Shown one piece after another: positions 16,301 through 23,907 of a stretch of 37,094 bases of DNA. Source of the stretch: an uncultured bacterium (lineage in GTDB: Bacteria > Hydrogenedentota > Hydrogenedentia > Hydrogenedentales > JAEUWI01). The translations under genes were made by a program, and so were the position numbers. The notes under the pieces are model-generated. The model saw only the letters and a list, made by a program, of their open reading frames with translations, was not told where the DNA came from and did no database searches. The DNA is taken from the NCBI GenBank assembly GCA_963977445.1, contig CAXBPH010000037.1, forward strand, positions 1 to 37,094, written 5' to 3'. The stretch's first letter is position 1, and each line of letters starts with the position of its first letter.

Positions 16301-18493
16301 ATCGGTACCTTCGAAATCACCGAGCAGGGCGTAGTACACGCCAAAGAGCGGATCATTCAATGGGGGCAGATAGAGACCTTCATCAACCAGGCCATCGCCG
16401 TCGTTATCCTGGCCGTCGAGGGCCGCCAGCAGCAGGTTGGCATTGTCATCTACACCACCGTAGCCGGGGAGGTTCACATCCGCATTATAGTTGTTGCCCG
16501 GCGCGCCGCCGCCACCCGTGAGGGCGGTCCAGCTATTGAGGGCGCGGGTCACCCCATAGTGAGGTAGCACGCGGGTTTCTAATTCGTTGGTTGTCCGCCC
16601 GTTGCCGAGGGAGCGCCTGGGAGCGGTCAAATTGGGATCGCTGAAGGGCTCGTGGTGGTGACCACCGGCCACATTCATGTTGAGCCCACCGGCCTCATCG
16701 CGCACAAGAACGGCCGCGCGTCCTACAAGATTACAGACCGCTTCACCGGAGTGGGTAATGCGGAGTATCGAGGGCAGGGCCGCCTGGTAGTTGAAGGTAA
16801 TTCCGGGGCCATCATATTCGGAATAAAAGGTGCTCGAAGCGGGCTCGATGGTCAGCACGTTCCCCGGTATGGAAAAGATGGTTGCATCGAGATTAATGTC
16901 GTCATAGGATTTGCGCAAGGCAATTTCAAAGCGCTCGGCATCTGGTGGTACAGGTACCGCGCCGTCACCGGGGTGCCAGTTGCCGGCGAGCTGCCAGTTG
17001 TCGTAGTAGTTTGGCTGGGGCACGGTTGCGGTTACTGCGGCGCTGTTTTCGTCCGTTTGATTTTCAATGGCGCGCACAATGGTCGTGCCATCGTTGGCCG
17101 GGCTTTGCACCCCCGTGTCTTCGAAGCCCATCAGGCGGAAGGGCGGGCCGTTGGCCGTGTTTGGGCCCACGTAGGCGTAGGCGCTGTAGTTGTTGGCCAG
17201 CATGTCCCAGTCGTTGTCAATGACATCGACACGAGAGGCGTTCAGGCTAATACCAATGACCGTGCCTGCGGCGATATTTTCTGGATTATCGGAGGCAAAG
17301 ACCCGGATTTGCGCGGGAAGGGTCACCGAGAGGGGGGTGAGGATGCCGAAATTGGCATCGTCGGGCACGAGGTCGGGTACGATGCCGTCGGCGTTCAGGT
17401 CGATGGCAATTTTAATTCCGGGCAGGGGTGCCGTAAGAAAATAGCCGTAGAACGGTCCTATGGGCTGTTCGTTGGGATCGGCACCATCGATAAGTCCGTT
17501 GCCATCGTTGTCGAGGCCGTCGTTGCCGCCATAGTAAACAAAGGTGGGCAGCTCCAGGGATTCGTCGAGGTCATCGGCAACGCCGTCGGCATAGCCACCG
17601 ATGCCGTTGTCGTCGTCGATGTTGTTTTCCTGATTCTCGTCGACCATCCCATCGAGATCATTGTCAATGCGATCATCATAGAGCCGCAATTGTTGGAGGG
17701 CGATGTCTTCGCCGATGATTTCGCCGCCACTGGCAAAACGATCTTCCCCAATCGGAATCCACATGGAATCCCGTAGCCCGTCGAGATCAAGGTCTTCGTC
17801 GGTCCAGGTATCAATCCATTCCAGGGGGTAGCGTAGCGACTCGTCCAGCACGTCGGTGGGCGCGCCTGGTACGGGTTCATCGTACAGGCCATCCCCGTTG
17901 AAATCCGAGGGACCATAGTACGCGGGAGTCACGAAGGGTCCACGGTTTGGATCTAATATGTTAAAAATATAGTCGTAGGGCAGCCCCGTGCTCACATCGC
18001 GCACATTGGCATAGGCCATCGGGCCCAGGTCTTCATAGCGCGGGTAATAGAGCCACGGCGTGGAATTGGGACCGTTGTACAGTTGCTCTTGTATGCCGCC
18101 GCCAAAATCGATGAAGGGCATGTTTGCCAGATTGATGTAGGGAATGCCGCCCTGCTGCAGAGGAATGCCACCAAGTAATGCCCACGGCTTGCCCGCAACC
18201 CAGCGGCCATCAAAGAAGGCGAACTGGCGGTGATCGAAGGAGGTTGATTCGGGATGCTCCAGGAAATTCCGATTGATTTCCACCATCGCTTTGGCAAGCG
18301 CAGAGTCCACCAGCAAATCGGCCTGAATCCGGTTCTGGACGCTGTCGGCGTTTTTGACCTCCTGGCGACTTATGGAGTAGAAGGTTAGGGCGATAGCCAG
18401 CAGTATGGTCATGATCGCAATAGCTACGATCAGCGCTGCGCCGCGCTCTCTCGTTGGGCGACCCGATTTGGGAAACGTGTTCCTGTTCATCAT
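10391..18493 (-). CDS. Giant GspK/PilX-like minor pilin (~2700 aa) with lamin-tail-like and Asp-rich insertions
   Basis: Start trimmed to ATG 18493 (RBS AAAGGTG). Class III signal RERG|AALIVAIAIMTILLAIALTF lacks Glu5, as in GspK/PilX. GspK motifs appear in order: DEAGGLNMN, IVDFRDKDN, FATPGDLMNV, GRINVNT, ITTRSDVYKI. Confidence 0.85.
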   Translation of the reverse strand: MMNRNTFPKSGRPTRERGAALIVAIAIMTILLAIALTFYSISRQEVKNADSVQNRIQADLLVDSALAKAMVEINRNFLEHPESTSFDHRQFAFFDGRWVAGKPWALLGGIPLQQGGIPYINLANMPFIDFGGGIQEQLYNGPNSTPWLYYPRYEDLGPMAYANVRDVSTGLPYDYIFNILDPNRGPFVTPAYYGPSDFNGDGLYDEPVPGAPTDVLDESLRYPLEWIDTWTDEDLDLDGLRDSMWIPIGEDRFASGGEIIGEDIALQQLRLYDDRIDNDLDGMVDENQENNIDDDNGIGGYADGVADDLDESLELPTFVYYGGNDGLDNDGNGLIDGADPNEQPIGPFYGYFLTAPLPGIKIAIDLNADGIVPDLVPDDANFGILTPLSVTLPAQIRVFASDNPENIAAGTVIGISLNASRVDVIDNDWDMLANNYSAYAYVGPNTANGPPFRLMGFEDTGVQSPANDGTTIVRAIENQTDENSAAVTATVPQPNYYDNWQLAGNWHPGDGAVPVPPDAERFEIALRKSYDDINLDATIFSIPGNVLTIEPASSTFYSEYDGPGITFNYQAALPSILRITHSGEAVCNLVGRAAVLVRDEAGGLNMNVAGGHHHEPFSDPNLTAPRRSLGNGRTTNELETRVLPHYGVTRALNSWTALTGGGGAPGNNYNADVNLPGYGGVDDNANLLLAALDGQDNDGDGLVDEGLYLPPLNDPLFGVYYALLGDFEGTDDFSEMQRYRSLRNLEAEGNNRYLLVGTADTGDNDGDNAANEVGEFGDLQLKDTLELSGIIGSGQYNDLQQAMTAYSTDRNVNFVVGENGAIRAVNKLDYNLASAPQIAANLLIANSVQTVTTAPLTTALTVNRFAEGLLQGDVHIRSSFDPAAPLLNSPGEGLMWVDDGFGTLIPSVGGIPADPVLQIMQSAVDIVDFRDKDNGRSLLSTERRDRVAQTAALSDAVYDTWPTRLSSREQIREGELLPVEEIQDHLLHTMDISRKLEFRDDWWTFDAVQPGVAGVVGVDSNPEVRQISYTASGNEAIRINELMVRPVRRIEAEALPNPAILVPNLDDPVGLLPAINQKNFDPQGGHAELPYFDVERLLQGPGAWILGTTAAVPGYLGDRTWIQTSTPDSIINFRIGATDAMPPGRYYLTVNLVDPATLGVLGITAANAADLQYSISYGAPAVDPASFRSPPVLHHSEQVPGAPFGSVFLDGTDGLNPAADDYYSDGGIYDGVSDTRLGTPSSAAFPQTFTVTVSASEDLYIAFRLDPTLPPPPGPPVPTTLAIDSLDFSQEPDHEWVELVNVSNDAVDIGGWELEVGIPDRGDDVPPDPFKSKWKVPQGTLVAPQGMVLLAFNKYDHYRRSVDPALQAGLIYEPGNAIAHNGMGLAASDNAFLSYTNTITDQPITVPPIGDDSPNYISPHPMTFYGDFTGSVFRRNYDPFRDRFEDYVDRDGDGASSMYDTTLGRDTDNVLTEASILSTTDGLDSVALGETNLSRANRPWDRIVQMDNLRLTSENPFSTAPFAFTMDDVIDVDTVAALVLRGGVLPNYPERDGIDNDGDGAYVVFGADDDGDLIPDPRYIAGTLDRDMVDNDFDGLIDERGETVPGGPATFDDIDPFGIAAGFNGDGVNPQLSEGVDEGFGVPAGYYTDQLLPIQFYSDRNSYPTDIDYFNFNELSVPVPLALYPAANGTITAIDATLLAVTALDPALNDNAYLGSNFDPPDWKAFAERRWYPGDNVIVTLYQGDANDEIVADRVTYREYDVTNRTIDDLEQFPVDLGAGNVPLTINSGYPTFWPENQMGLDFYRSLERKHPLYNGDRFGTENRWQATDGNYDDWADSLSFFEAELETTATLPILVANNSLVDRRVRFPVLPLALSQRQRRLYLHAMAATPLRMNTATRFSENPRDLERVVAGAPDNRQFFEAAPWFRTHEDGPVGGDLNTQRDQSWNTAKGFVANKKFATPGDLMNVPHQTYLHDAVNTALAGGSVYLRDMTMMNYGLQSNTAANDGQSSRQDIALRGSTLGQDAITNRTFGNLLTAATNSMSLDTATFTVGQAEFHPIVPDLSDTTTFPVGAHAAILDWVKNPFSTGGAYLAPATWAPVFLFPLANTAWDTTTVVDRFPSYPSYINGVTINQQLTPDYLFNWRYLGTNQFDAYMRANAVDPYANRWPMEQRVAMYVSEVRPEFPAPVTASTNVNRPEGLFIWDGADGLENGEYVLYVGTFVPGMRERLLDAADVSANSATYDPTLPVKAETNLLYDVAPVINEGSLAINEVTREIIFNDPSHPDRAGSVFNPIFALDVITDPTEARGVAPVASGTADPSVKPPGLINPVDWTPSIIYKADDDGYIFYGNNAVGGWKPQIVRVTDNFLALRVRNMGELGDVGVITHIVLAPRKRTAGRINVNTTLSRMPTLGANHSYLNPLLSLPGVVDAATSVVPSDNVDTNLIPTGVSLLPSYGTADAIDEMSAPPSLGGRWPAPDSFYSALTYTEPGYGPLSVPPARNEHSIDPPSTSLDEATNDTHLLVPASLTDGDPGDNGEEMHRLGAFRLNQLLEIGRIEHADGRYYRSTGDLVDDDSSYVYNYFNNLSPRWRPTPPDGVVANAGDVGGTDNRAVYPLSNEAAPSKRFDEDQARFRRIGNLITTRSDVYKIFMTVESGFGQDKNGDGFINYRDPREFTTTARTKASAIYERRAPSDQTDTGE

Positions 18494-18651
18494 TGCTACT
18501 TCACCTTTACCTGGCCGCCATCCGTGCGGCCCCATTCCCCAACACCGGAACCTGGACCCAGTGTCCACTTCCGTTACCGCGCGTGGGGTCCGTCCCACGT
18601 CCTCAAGCCTGTTTTTCTGAATTCTTTACCGTCAACGGTTGACCCAAAACA

Positions 18652-20241
18652 CTACAGGGCCTGACCGGGGGTTCGTGCGATTACACTGCTCGGCGTGCGA
18701 CCGGAGGCCGCAGGCACCTGTATGGATTGTTCAAAGAGCCGACGAAATCCCGGTGCGCCGGGACGGGTCTTGGAACGGGTCACCCACAATTGGGGTGTTA
18801 TCACCCGGGGCAGATTGGGCAACAGGGGCGAACCCAGGTTGGCCCGGCTCTCGCGCAGGGTGCTCAATTGCTTGTCAGCCAACTCGCCGTCGATTTCTAC
18901 GAGGTCGGCGTTGGAATAGCCCCCCACGCCAGCGCCCAACAGACCGGGCACATCGAGCACGGAGTAGGGGTCATCGGGGTCACTCAGGTTGTCGGCGGTA
19001 TTGAAAAAGTTTACGTTGCCGTTCTTGCCGTCGCCGTAAGAAAACTTCACCTCGGCGTCGAGGGCATCGAGGGGATAGCCGTTGAAGGTCACGGGGTTGC
19101 CGGTGGCGGTATTAAGAAGTATGGCCCGGGAAATAATACCGTCTGCCACGACGAATTCGTTGACCACCCGGTGGTTACGCAGATTGTTGGAGGTGGTGGA
19201 TGCTTCGTCATACCAAAAGCCGTTGCCATCGGATTCGGGCCCGGTGGACGTGGGATCGAGGTCCTCCACACCCATCGTTTCGCCGGAGAGCATGCGCAAC
19301 CAGAATTCCCGTTTCTTCGCGCGCAGCAGGGTGTCGAAGGTATCCCGGCCGAAGACCCGCAGGTATGTCGTGTCGAAGGTCACGGGGTGGACCCAGCCAC
19401 CGCCCGCGTTGATGTTTTGGTACACCTCACGCATGTCGTAGGTGGTGGTACTCGGGTCAGGATTGAGGGCACTCAGGAGAAACTCAAACTGGGCCGCTTC
19501 GTTGGCGTCCAACCCACCGAGGGGGGCGTCGTTCAGGGGCTCCACGGGATCGATGTAGACGGGTGCCCAATCGAGGGTGATATCGGCGGTGTTGGTGCCG
19601 TTGCGCTTGACATACATATTGAAGGTATCGAGATCGGTCACGCCGATTTCTTCAAGGCGGATCAGGCTCTCGGTCTGAATGATGACCTCGAATTCGATGT
19701 AGTCATCGACAAGATTGGTACCACCGCTGTTGTAAGCGGCATTGAGAACATTCAATGCATTTTGCACGAAGGCCTGGGCCGCGACGCCGAATAGCTTTTC
19801 GTCTTCACGGGCGATGCGCTGAAACTGGCGCTGTACATATTGGGTCACGGTGCCCCAACGCTCGGTGATGGTCAACTCGAAGGCGGGCTTGGACAATTCG
19901 GGATGAAAAACATAGGACACCCGGCCCAGTTTGCCTTCGTCGAGGGCACCCACAAACATGAAGCCGTCGGGACGGCCGTAAAAGCTGTAGACATCACCAA
20001 ACTCTTCGGACACGAAGGCACCGCTCAGGTCACGGTCGATGGTGGTCATGGCGGCCCGGGCATTTTCGTAGGCGTCGATGCTGGCGTAGCCCTGGCGCGC
20101 ACTGTCGACAGCGGCGCTGAACATGGTCGCGAGGCCACTCATGAGAATCAGGAAGATGACCATGGCCACCAGCAATTCGGTGAGGGTGAAGCCGCGCTGA
20201 CCGTGACGATGGGTTCGGGTTCGTGGGTGATACTTCATCAT
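18652..20241 (-). CDS. Enlarged GspJ/PilW-like minor pilin (~529 aa)
   Basis: QRG|FTLTELLVAMVIFLILM, then YENARAAMTTIDRDLSGA (J/W-type helix) and a C-terminal LPRVITPQLWV (J-type LPxxV). Start trimmed to ATG 20241 after the RBS GAGAGG. Confidence 0.8.
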   Translation of the reverse strand: MMKYHPRTRTHRHGQRGFTLTELLVAMVIFLILMSGLATMFSAAVDSARQGYASIDAYENARAAMTTIDRDLSGAFVSEEFGDVYSFYGRPDGFMFVGALDEGKLGRVSYVFHPELSKPAFELTITERWGTVTQYVQRQFQRIAREDEKLFGVAAQAFVQNALNVLNAAYNSGGTNLVDDYIEFEVIIQTESLIRLEEIGVTDLDTFNMYVKRNGTNTADITLDWAPVYIDPVEPLNDAPLGGLDANEAAQFEFLLSALNPDPSTTTYDMREVYQNINAGGGWVHPVTFDTTYLRVFGRDTFDTLLRAKKREFWLRMLSGETMGVEDLDPTSTGPESDGNGFWYDEASTTSNNLRNHRVVNEFVVADGIISRAILLNTATGNPVTFNGYPLDALDAEVKFSYGDGKNGNVNFFNTADNLSDPDDPYSVLDVPGLLGAGVGGYSNADLVEIDGELADKQLSTLRESRANLGSPLLPNLPRVITPQLWVTRSKTRPGAPGFRRLFEQSIQVPAASGRTPSSVIARTPGQAL

Positions 20242-20248
20242 GGCCTCT

Positions 20249-20656
20249 CTATTGCTCGGTGACATAGGTCACAAAGCGTTCACGGCGCCCGTCGAAAAGT
20301 TCTACGTTGAAGGTCACGCGATACAGATCGACGTCACTACTGATGCGCTTCACGGTGCTGGTCCAGGACTTGTAGAGGCCCGGCACGGGATCAAAGTACG
20401 TCCCCCCGGCAGCGCTCAGATTGCGATAGGCATTGGCGGAAGCCCAATCGGTCAACAAGGGACCCACACCGCCCGCGCGCAATTTGCCCAGCTCGGTCTT
20501 GGCCAGAAAGGCCACCTGCTGACGCACGGCTGCATTGTGGGATTGTTTAATGGACTCAGGGAAAATTTTCATGATGGCAATTATCGCTACGGCCAGAATG
20601 GTGAGGGCCACCATCACTTCCAGAAGCGTAAAACCACTGCGCTGATTTGTTTTCAT
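20249..20656 (-). CDS. GspI/PilV-like minor pilin (135 aa)
   Basis: MKTNQRSG|FTLLEVMVALTILAVAIIAI and LYRVTFNV; size and position fit. Start trimmed to ATG 20656 (RBS GAGGT). Confidence 0.8.
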   Translation of the reverse strand: MKTNQRSGFTLLEVMVALTILAVAIIAIMKIFPESIKQSHNAAVRQQVAFLAKTELGKLRAGGVGPLLTDWASANAYRNLSAAGGTYFDPVPGLYKSWTSTVKRISSDVDLYRVTFNVELFDGRRERFVTYVTEQ

Positions 20657-20669
20657 GACGGAAACCTCA

Positions 20670-21614
20670 CTAAAAGTTCTTCGGGATTTCGGTACGTCCC
20701 GTCGATTTGAAAATATGAATCTTCCGATACAACATATTGGGCAGGCCACCGGCATCAAAATGGGTGTCCAGCTCAGGGATGATCAATCGCTCTTCGGCGA
20801 TACGAGACGCCACCGGCGCGATATAGATGGTGAATCGTTCGTTATTGCTGTTGACACCCAGACGACCCGAAGGCTTAAACACATGGGCACCAAAGGTCTC
20901 GGTGGTGAAATTCGTGGGGGTGGAAGCGAAAGTCGCGAAATCGACGCCCTCCAGCCCTGAGGGCACGCCTAAGGCGACGGATACACGGGAAATTCCCATT
21001 TCATCGGCCACCGTGGTCATCGGTATCGTATCCGTCAATCGAAAATTGGATCGAAGCTGATTCCAATAGATGGGCTGTGGCACAGGGGGGGCGTCGGTGT
21101 TGGGTTCTTCGGGATTCATCAACAGGATGGCCATACCCTGAGGAAACTCATTAAAGTCGCCCTTTTCACCTGGAATCGGCACATAGTGTCCACTAAGAGC
21201 ACCCATGCTGCTGGGTAACTGATACATGAGGGACGCGGACTCAAATTGACGGACGAGATTGCCCGAAATGGAGTCGACTATGGGGAGGACAGGAGCGAAT
21301 GCCGGATCAGCAGGGTTTTCGGTTGCCGGGTTGGACCCGGGAAAGATGTCGACAGCGGTGGCTTCGTCGTTGGACCAATTATCGAGGTTGTACACCACGG
21401 CCGTGTTTACATGGTAGGTCGTGGAATAGATCTGCGCCGCACGCAGCAGGCCCGAAACATCCTGCACCGTTCGCCGGAATTCATCTCGGGAGAAGGCCCC
21501 AAGTCGCGCCAGGCCGGGAATGGCGATAGCGGTGAGGAGAGCCACCAGGCCGAGGACCACCATAAGCTCTACCAATGTAAAGCCGCGCCGCCCAATTTTT
21601 GCTCCATGTCGCAC
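20670..21614 (-). CDS. GspH/FimU-like minor pilin (314 aa)
   Basis: RRG|FTLVELMVVLGLVALLTAIAIP, VSGLLRAAQIYS, VFKPSGR and C-terminal IHIFKSTGRTEI (H/FimU-type). Confidence 0.8.
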   Translation of the reverse strand: MRHGAKIGRRGFTLVELMVVLGLVALLTAIAIPGLARLGAFSRDEFRRTVQDVSGLLRAAQIYSTTYHVNTAVVYNLDNWSNDEATAVDIFPGSNPATENPADPAFAPVLPIVDSISGNLVRQFESASLMYQLPSSMGALSGHYVPIPGEKGDFNEFPQGMAILLMNPEEPNTDAPPVPQPIYWNQLRSNFRLTDTIPMTTVADEMGISRVSVALGVPSGLEGVDFATFASTPTNFTTETFGAHVFKPSGRLGVNSNNERFTIYIAPVASRIAEERLIIPELDTHFDAGGLPNMLYRKIHIFKSTGRTEIPKNF

Positions 21615-21654
21615 GGTGAAATACCTCGTGTTTCGGGTTACTAAACTGACCGCA

Positions 21655-21686
21655 GCCTGATCGACGCCAAGAGACGTCGATCAGGC
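21655..21686. other. 12-bp perfect hairpin immediately downstream of the major pilin gene
   Basis: gcctgatcgacg (21655-21666), N8, cgtcgatcaggc (21675-21686); no U-tract. Confidence 0.7.
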
Positions 21687-21694
21687 CACAGGAA

Positions 21695-22573
21695 TTAATT
21701 GTAAAAACGCATGTAGGTTTGGTTCTTCTTATCCCAGTTGCAGATATCGTCACCACCACCCATCAACTCCGGCTCCTGACCACTGTCATAGTTGGTGATG
21801 GAGTTGTCGGTATAGCCCGGGTCATAGAAACGGAAGAGGGCCTGGCCCGACACGCCATTTTCGCCAAAGGACCAGATAAAAAGATCCTTGCGGTCATCGG
21901 CGGGGATACCAATTCGATCCAAGTCGGCACCTGTCTCGGGGTCAAACAGGGTGATAGCGTTCACCTCGGCAGGGTTTACCACATTGCCCAAAAGGCTGAG
22001 GATATCGCCATCTACTGCGGAAGTGTCGTCGCCCGGAAGGGTGGCAGCACCTACTTCCGGTGGCAGGTAAACACGGAAAGGTACCGGACCGTTACGGCTG
22101 GTGGACCAGGGGCCGGGGTAGAACTGGTACAGCTTGCCCCAAGGGTCGAAGGACAAGTCCGTCATGTAGGATGTGCCCAGGTTACGTATAACGTCTAGTT
22201 TAAACAGTGTGTCCGAGATACCCGTGTTTTGAGGGTCCGCCGCCGCGCGACCTTTGCGTAACAGGCGATACATGGCATCAGTATAGCGATCCGTAGCTGC
22301 CTGAAAGTCAATTGCGTCCCACGTGGTCATATCACCACCGAGTTCGGTTTCGAGAACGGTGAGGTCGAAAAAATCCGTTATATTGCTGCGACCTGCATCG
22401 GAGACCATCTTGGTAATGGCCAATTCGATATTTTGAATCTCCGACTGCGCCTGTACCGCCCGTCCTCGGCGAATCCATTTCTGGACATTGGGAATGGCGA
22501 TGGCCGCCAGGATGGAGATGATAGCCATCACCACCAGCAGTTCAATCAAGGTAAATCCGCGCTTCGTACGCAT
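21695..22573 (-). CDS. Probable major pilin, enlarged GspG type (292 aa)
   Basis: MRTKRG|FTLIELLVVMAIISILAAIAIP, with GspG-type motifs DPWGKLYQF, IWSFGENG and GDDICNW. Strong RBS GAGGAGG. Confidence 0.85.
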   Translation of the reverse strand: MRTKRGFTLIELLVVMAIISILAAIAIPNVQKWIRRGRAVQAQSEIQNIELAITKMVSDAGRSNITDFFDLTVLETELGGDMTTWDAIDFQAATDRYTDAMYRLLRKGRAAADPQNTGISDTLFKLDVIRNLGTSYMTDLSFDPWGKLYQFYPGPWSTSRNGPVPFRVYLPPEVGAATLPGDDTSAVDGDILSLLGNVVNPAEVNAITLFDPETGADLDRIGIPADDRKDLFIWSFGENGVSGQALFRFYDPGYTDNSITNYDSGQEPELMGGGDDICNWDKKNQTYMRFYN

Positions 22574-22654
22574 TTCAGTTCCTCCTCGCGCGAGCAGCCC
22601 GCTCGCGATAAAGCTTATTCACGTTGACAACGCCGTCGGCGATGCCCCAGATTT

Positions 22655-23893
22655 CTACGGTTTGTTGATTTCGTCGCCCAGAGTAAAGATGGGCAGATAT
22701 AAGGACACAACGATAAAACCAATGATACCGCCGAGCACCACAATGATTATGGGTTCCATCAGGGTCAACATGGCCTCTACTGCCACCTCCACTTCCTGAT
22801 CATAGATATCCGCCACCTTATTCAGCATGGAATCGAGCTGTCCCGTTTCCTCACCAACGTCGATCATATTCACCACCATGGGCGGGAACACTTTGGTCTC
22901 ATCCAGGGGGGCCGCAATGGTGTCGCCCTCCTTGATGCTGTCGTGGACTTTGTCCACGGCGTTCTGGATAACGCTGTTGCCGATGGTTTCCCGGGTAATC
23001 TTCAGGGCCTGCAAAATAGGCACGCCCGAGGTAATCAACGTACCCAGGGTTCGCGCAAAGCGGGCCACGCCAATTTTTGTTACCAAGTCACCCACCAGGG
23101 GCATTTTCAAACTCGCAATATCCGCTGCGCGTTTCACGAAGCGCAGCTTCAGTATCAACTTGAAGAAAATGATAGTGCCGTTGATACCCACCAGCACCAT
23201 CCACCACTTGTACACCATGAAGTCACCGGCAGCGATGAGGATCTGTGTCGGTTTGGGCAGGGTGCCGCCCAGTTCACCAAAGATATCGGCGAATACCGGG
23301 ACCACCTTGATCAGCAGGAAAGATACGATACCGGCTGCGATGAGCAACACGGCAACGGGATACACCATGGCACCTTTAACACGACGTTTCAGCGCTTCTC
23401 GACGTTCCATGAAGGTCGCCAGACGCTGCAACACCACTTCGAGAATACCACCGACTTCACCGGCCTTCACCATGTTGACGAAAAGGCGATCAAATTGCTT
23501 GGGGTGTTTGGCCAGGGCTTCCGAGAAGGTAGAACCCTGCTGAATATCCTGGGCACATTCCCGAAGAATATCGCGAAGCTTGCTCGGTTTCTGCTGCGCT
23601 ATCAACACGTTGATACTACGCAGCAGCGGAAGACCTGCATCGATAAGCGTGGAAAGCTGACGGGTCATCGTCACGATTTCCTTGGTCTTCACACCACCGA
23701 AATAGAGTTCGTCGATGCCTTTTTTCTCTTTACGCGCACGTTTTTCGTCGCGCTTGCTGGCTTCACGAACAGTGGTCGGATACAGACCCAGGGTACGCAC
23801 ATCATTGATAGCGAGTGCTTTGCTGTCCGAAGACACCACACCCGTGATGGTTTTACCATCTTTGTTCGTCGCCTTATAGAAATATTTGGGCAT
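22655..23893 (-). CDS. pilC: Type IV pilus inner-membrane platform protein PilC
   Basis: TRQLSTLIDAGLPL, FVNMVKAGEVGGILE, AMVYP, RFARTLGTLITSGVPIL, MIDVGEETGQLDSMLNKVADIY, LYLPIF. Confidence 0.95.
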   Translation of the reverse strand: MPKYFYKATNKDGKTITGVVSSDSKALAINDVRTLGLYPTTVREASKRDEKRARKEKKGIDELYFGGVKTKEIVTMTRQLSTLIDAGLPLLRSINVLIAQQKPSKLRDILRECAQDIQQGSTFSEALAKHPKQFDRLFVNMVKAGEVGGILEVVLQRLATFMERREALKRRVKGAMVYPVAVLLIAAGIVSFLLIKVVPVFADIFGELGGTLPKPTQILIAAGDFMVYKWWMVLVGINGTIIFFKLILKLRFVKRAADIASLKMPLVGDLVTKIGVARFARTLGTLITSGVPILQALKITRETIGNSVIQNAVDKVHDSIKEGDTIAAPLDETKVFPPMVVNMIDVGEETGQLDSMLNKVADIYDQEVEVAVEAMLTLMEPIIIVVLGGIIGFIVVSLYLPIFTLGDEINKP

Positions 23894-23907
23894 CTGTCGT
23901 TCCTCGA

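Noticed and set aside
18494..18598. N-terminal extensions given by the ORF track for the giant pilin (and likewise for pilM, the J and I pilins, pilB, gspM and gspL)
   Set aside because: Downstream ATGs have an RBS and/or give normal leader lengths or gene overlaps, so the starts were trimmed
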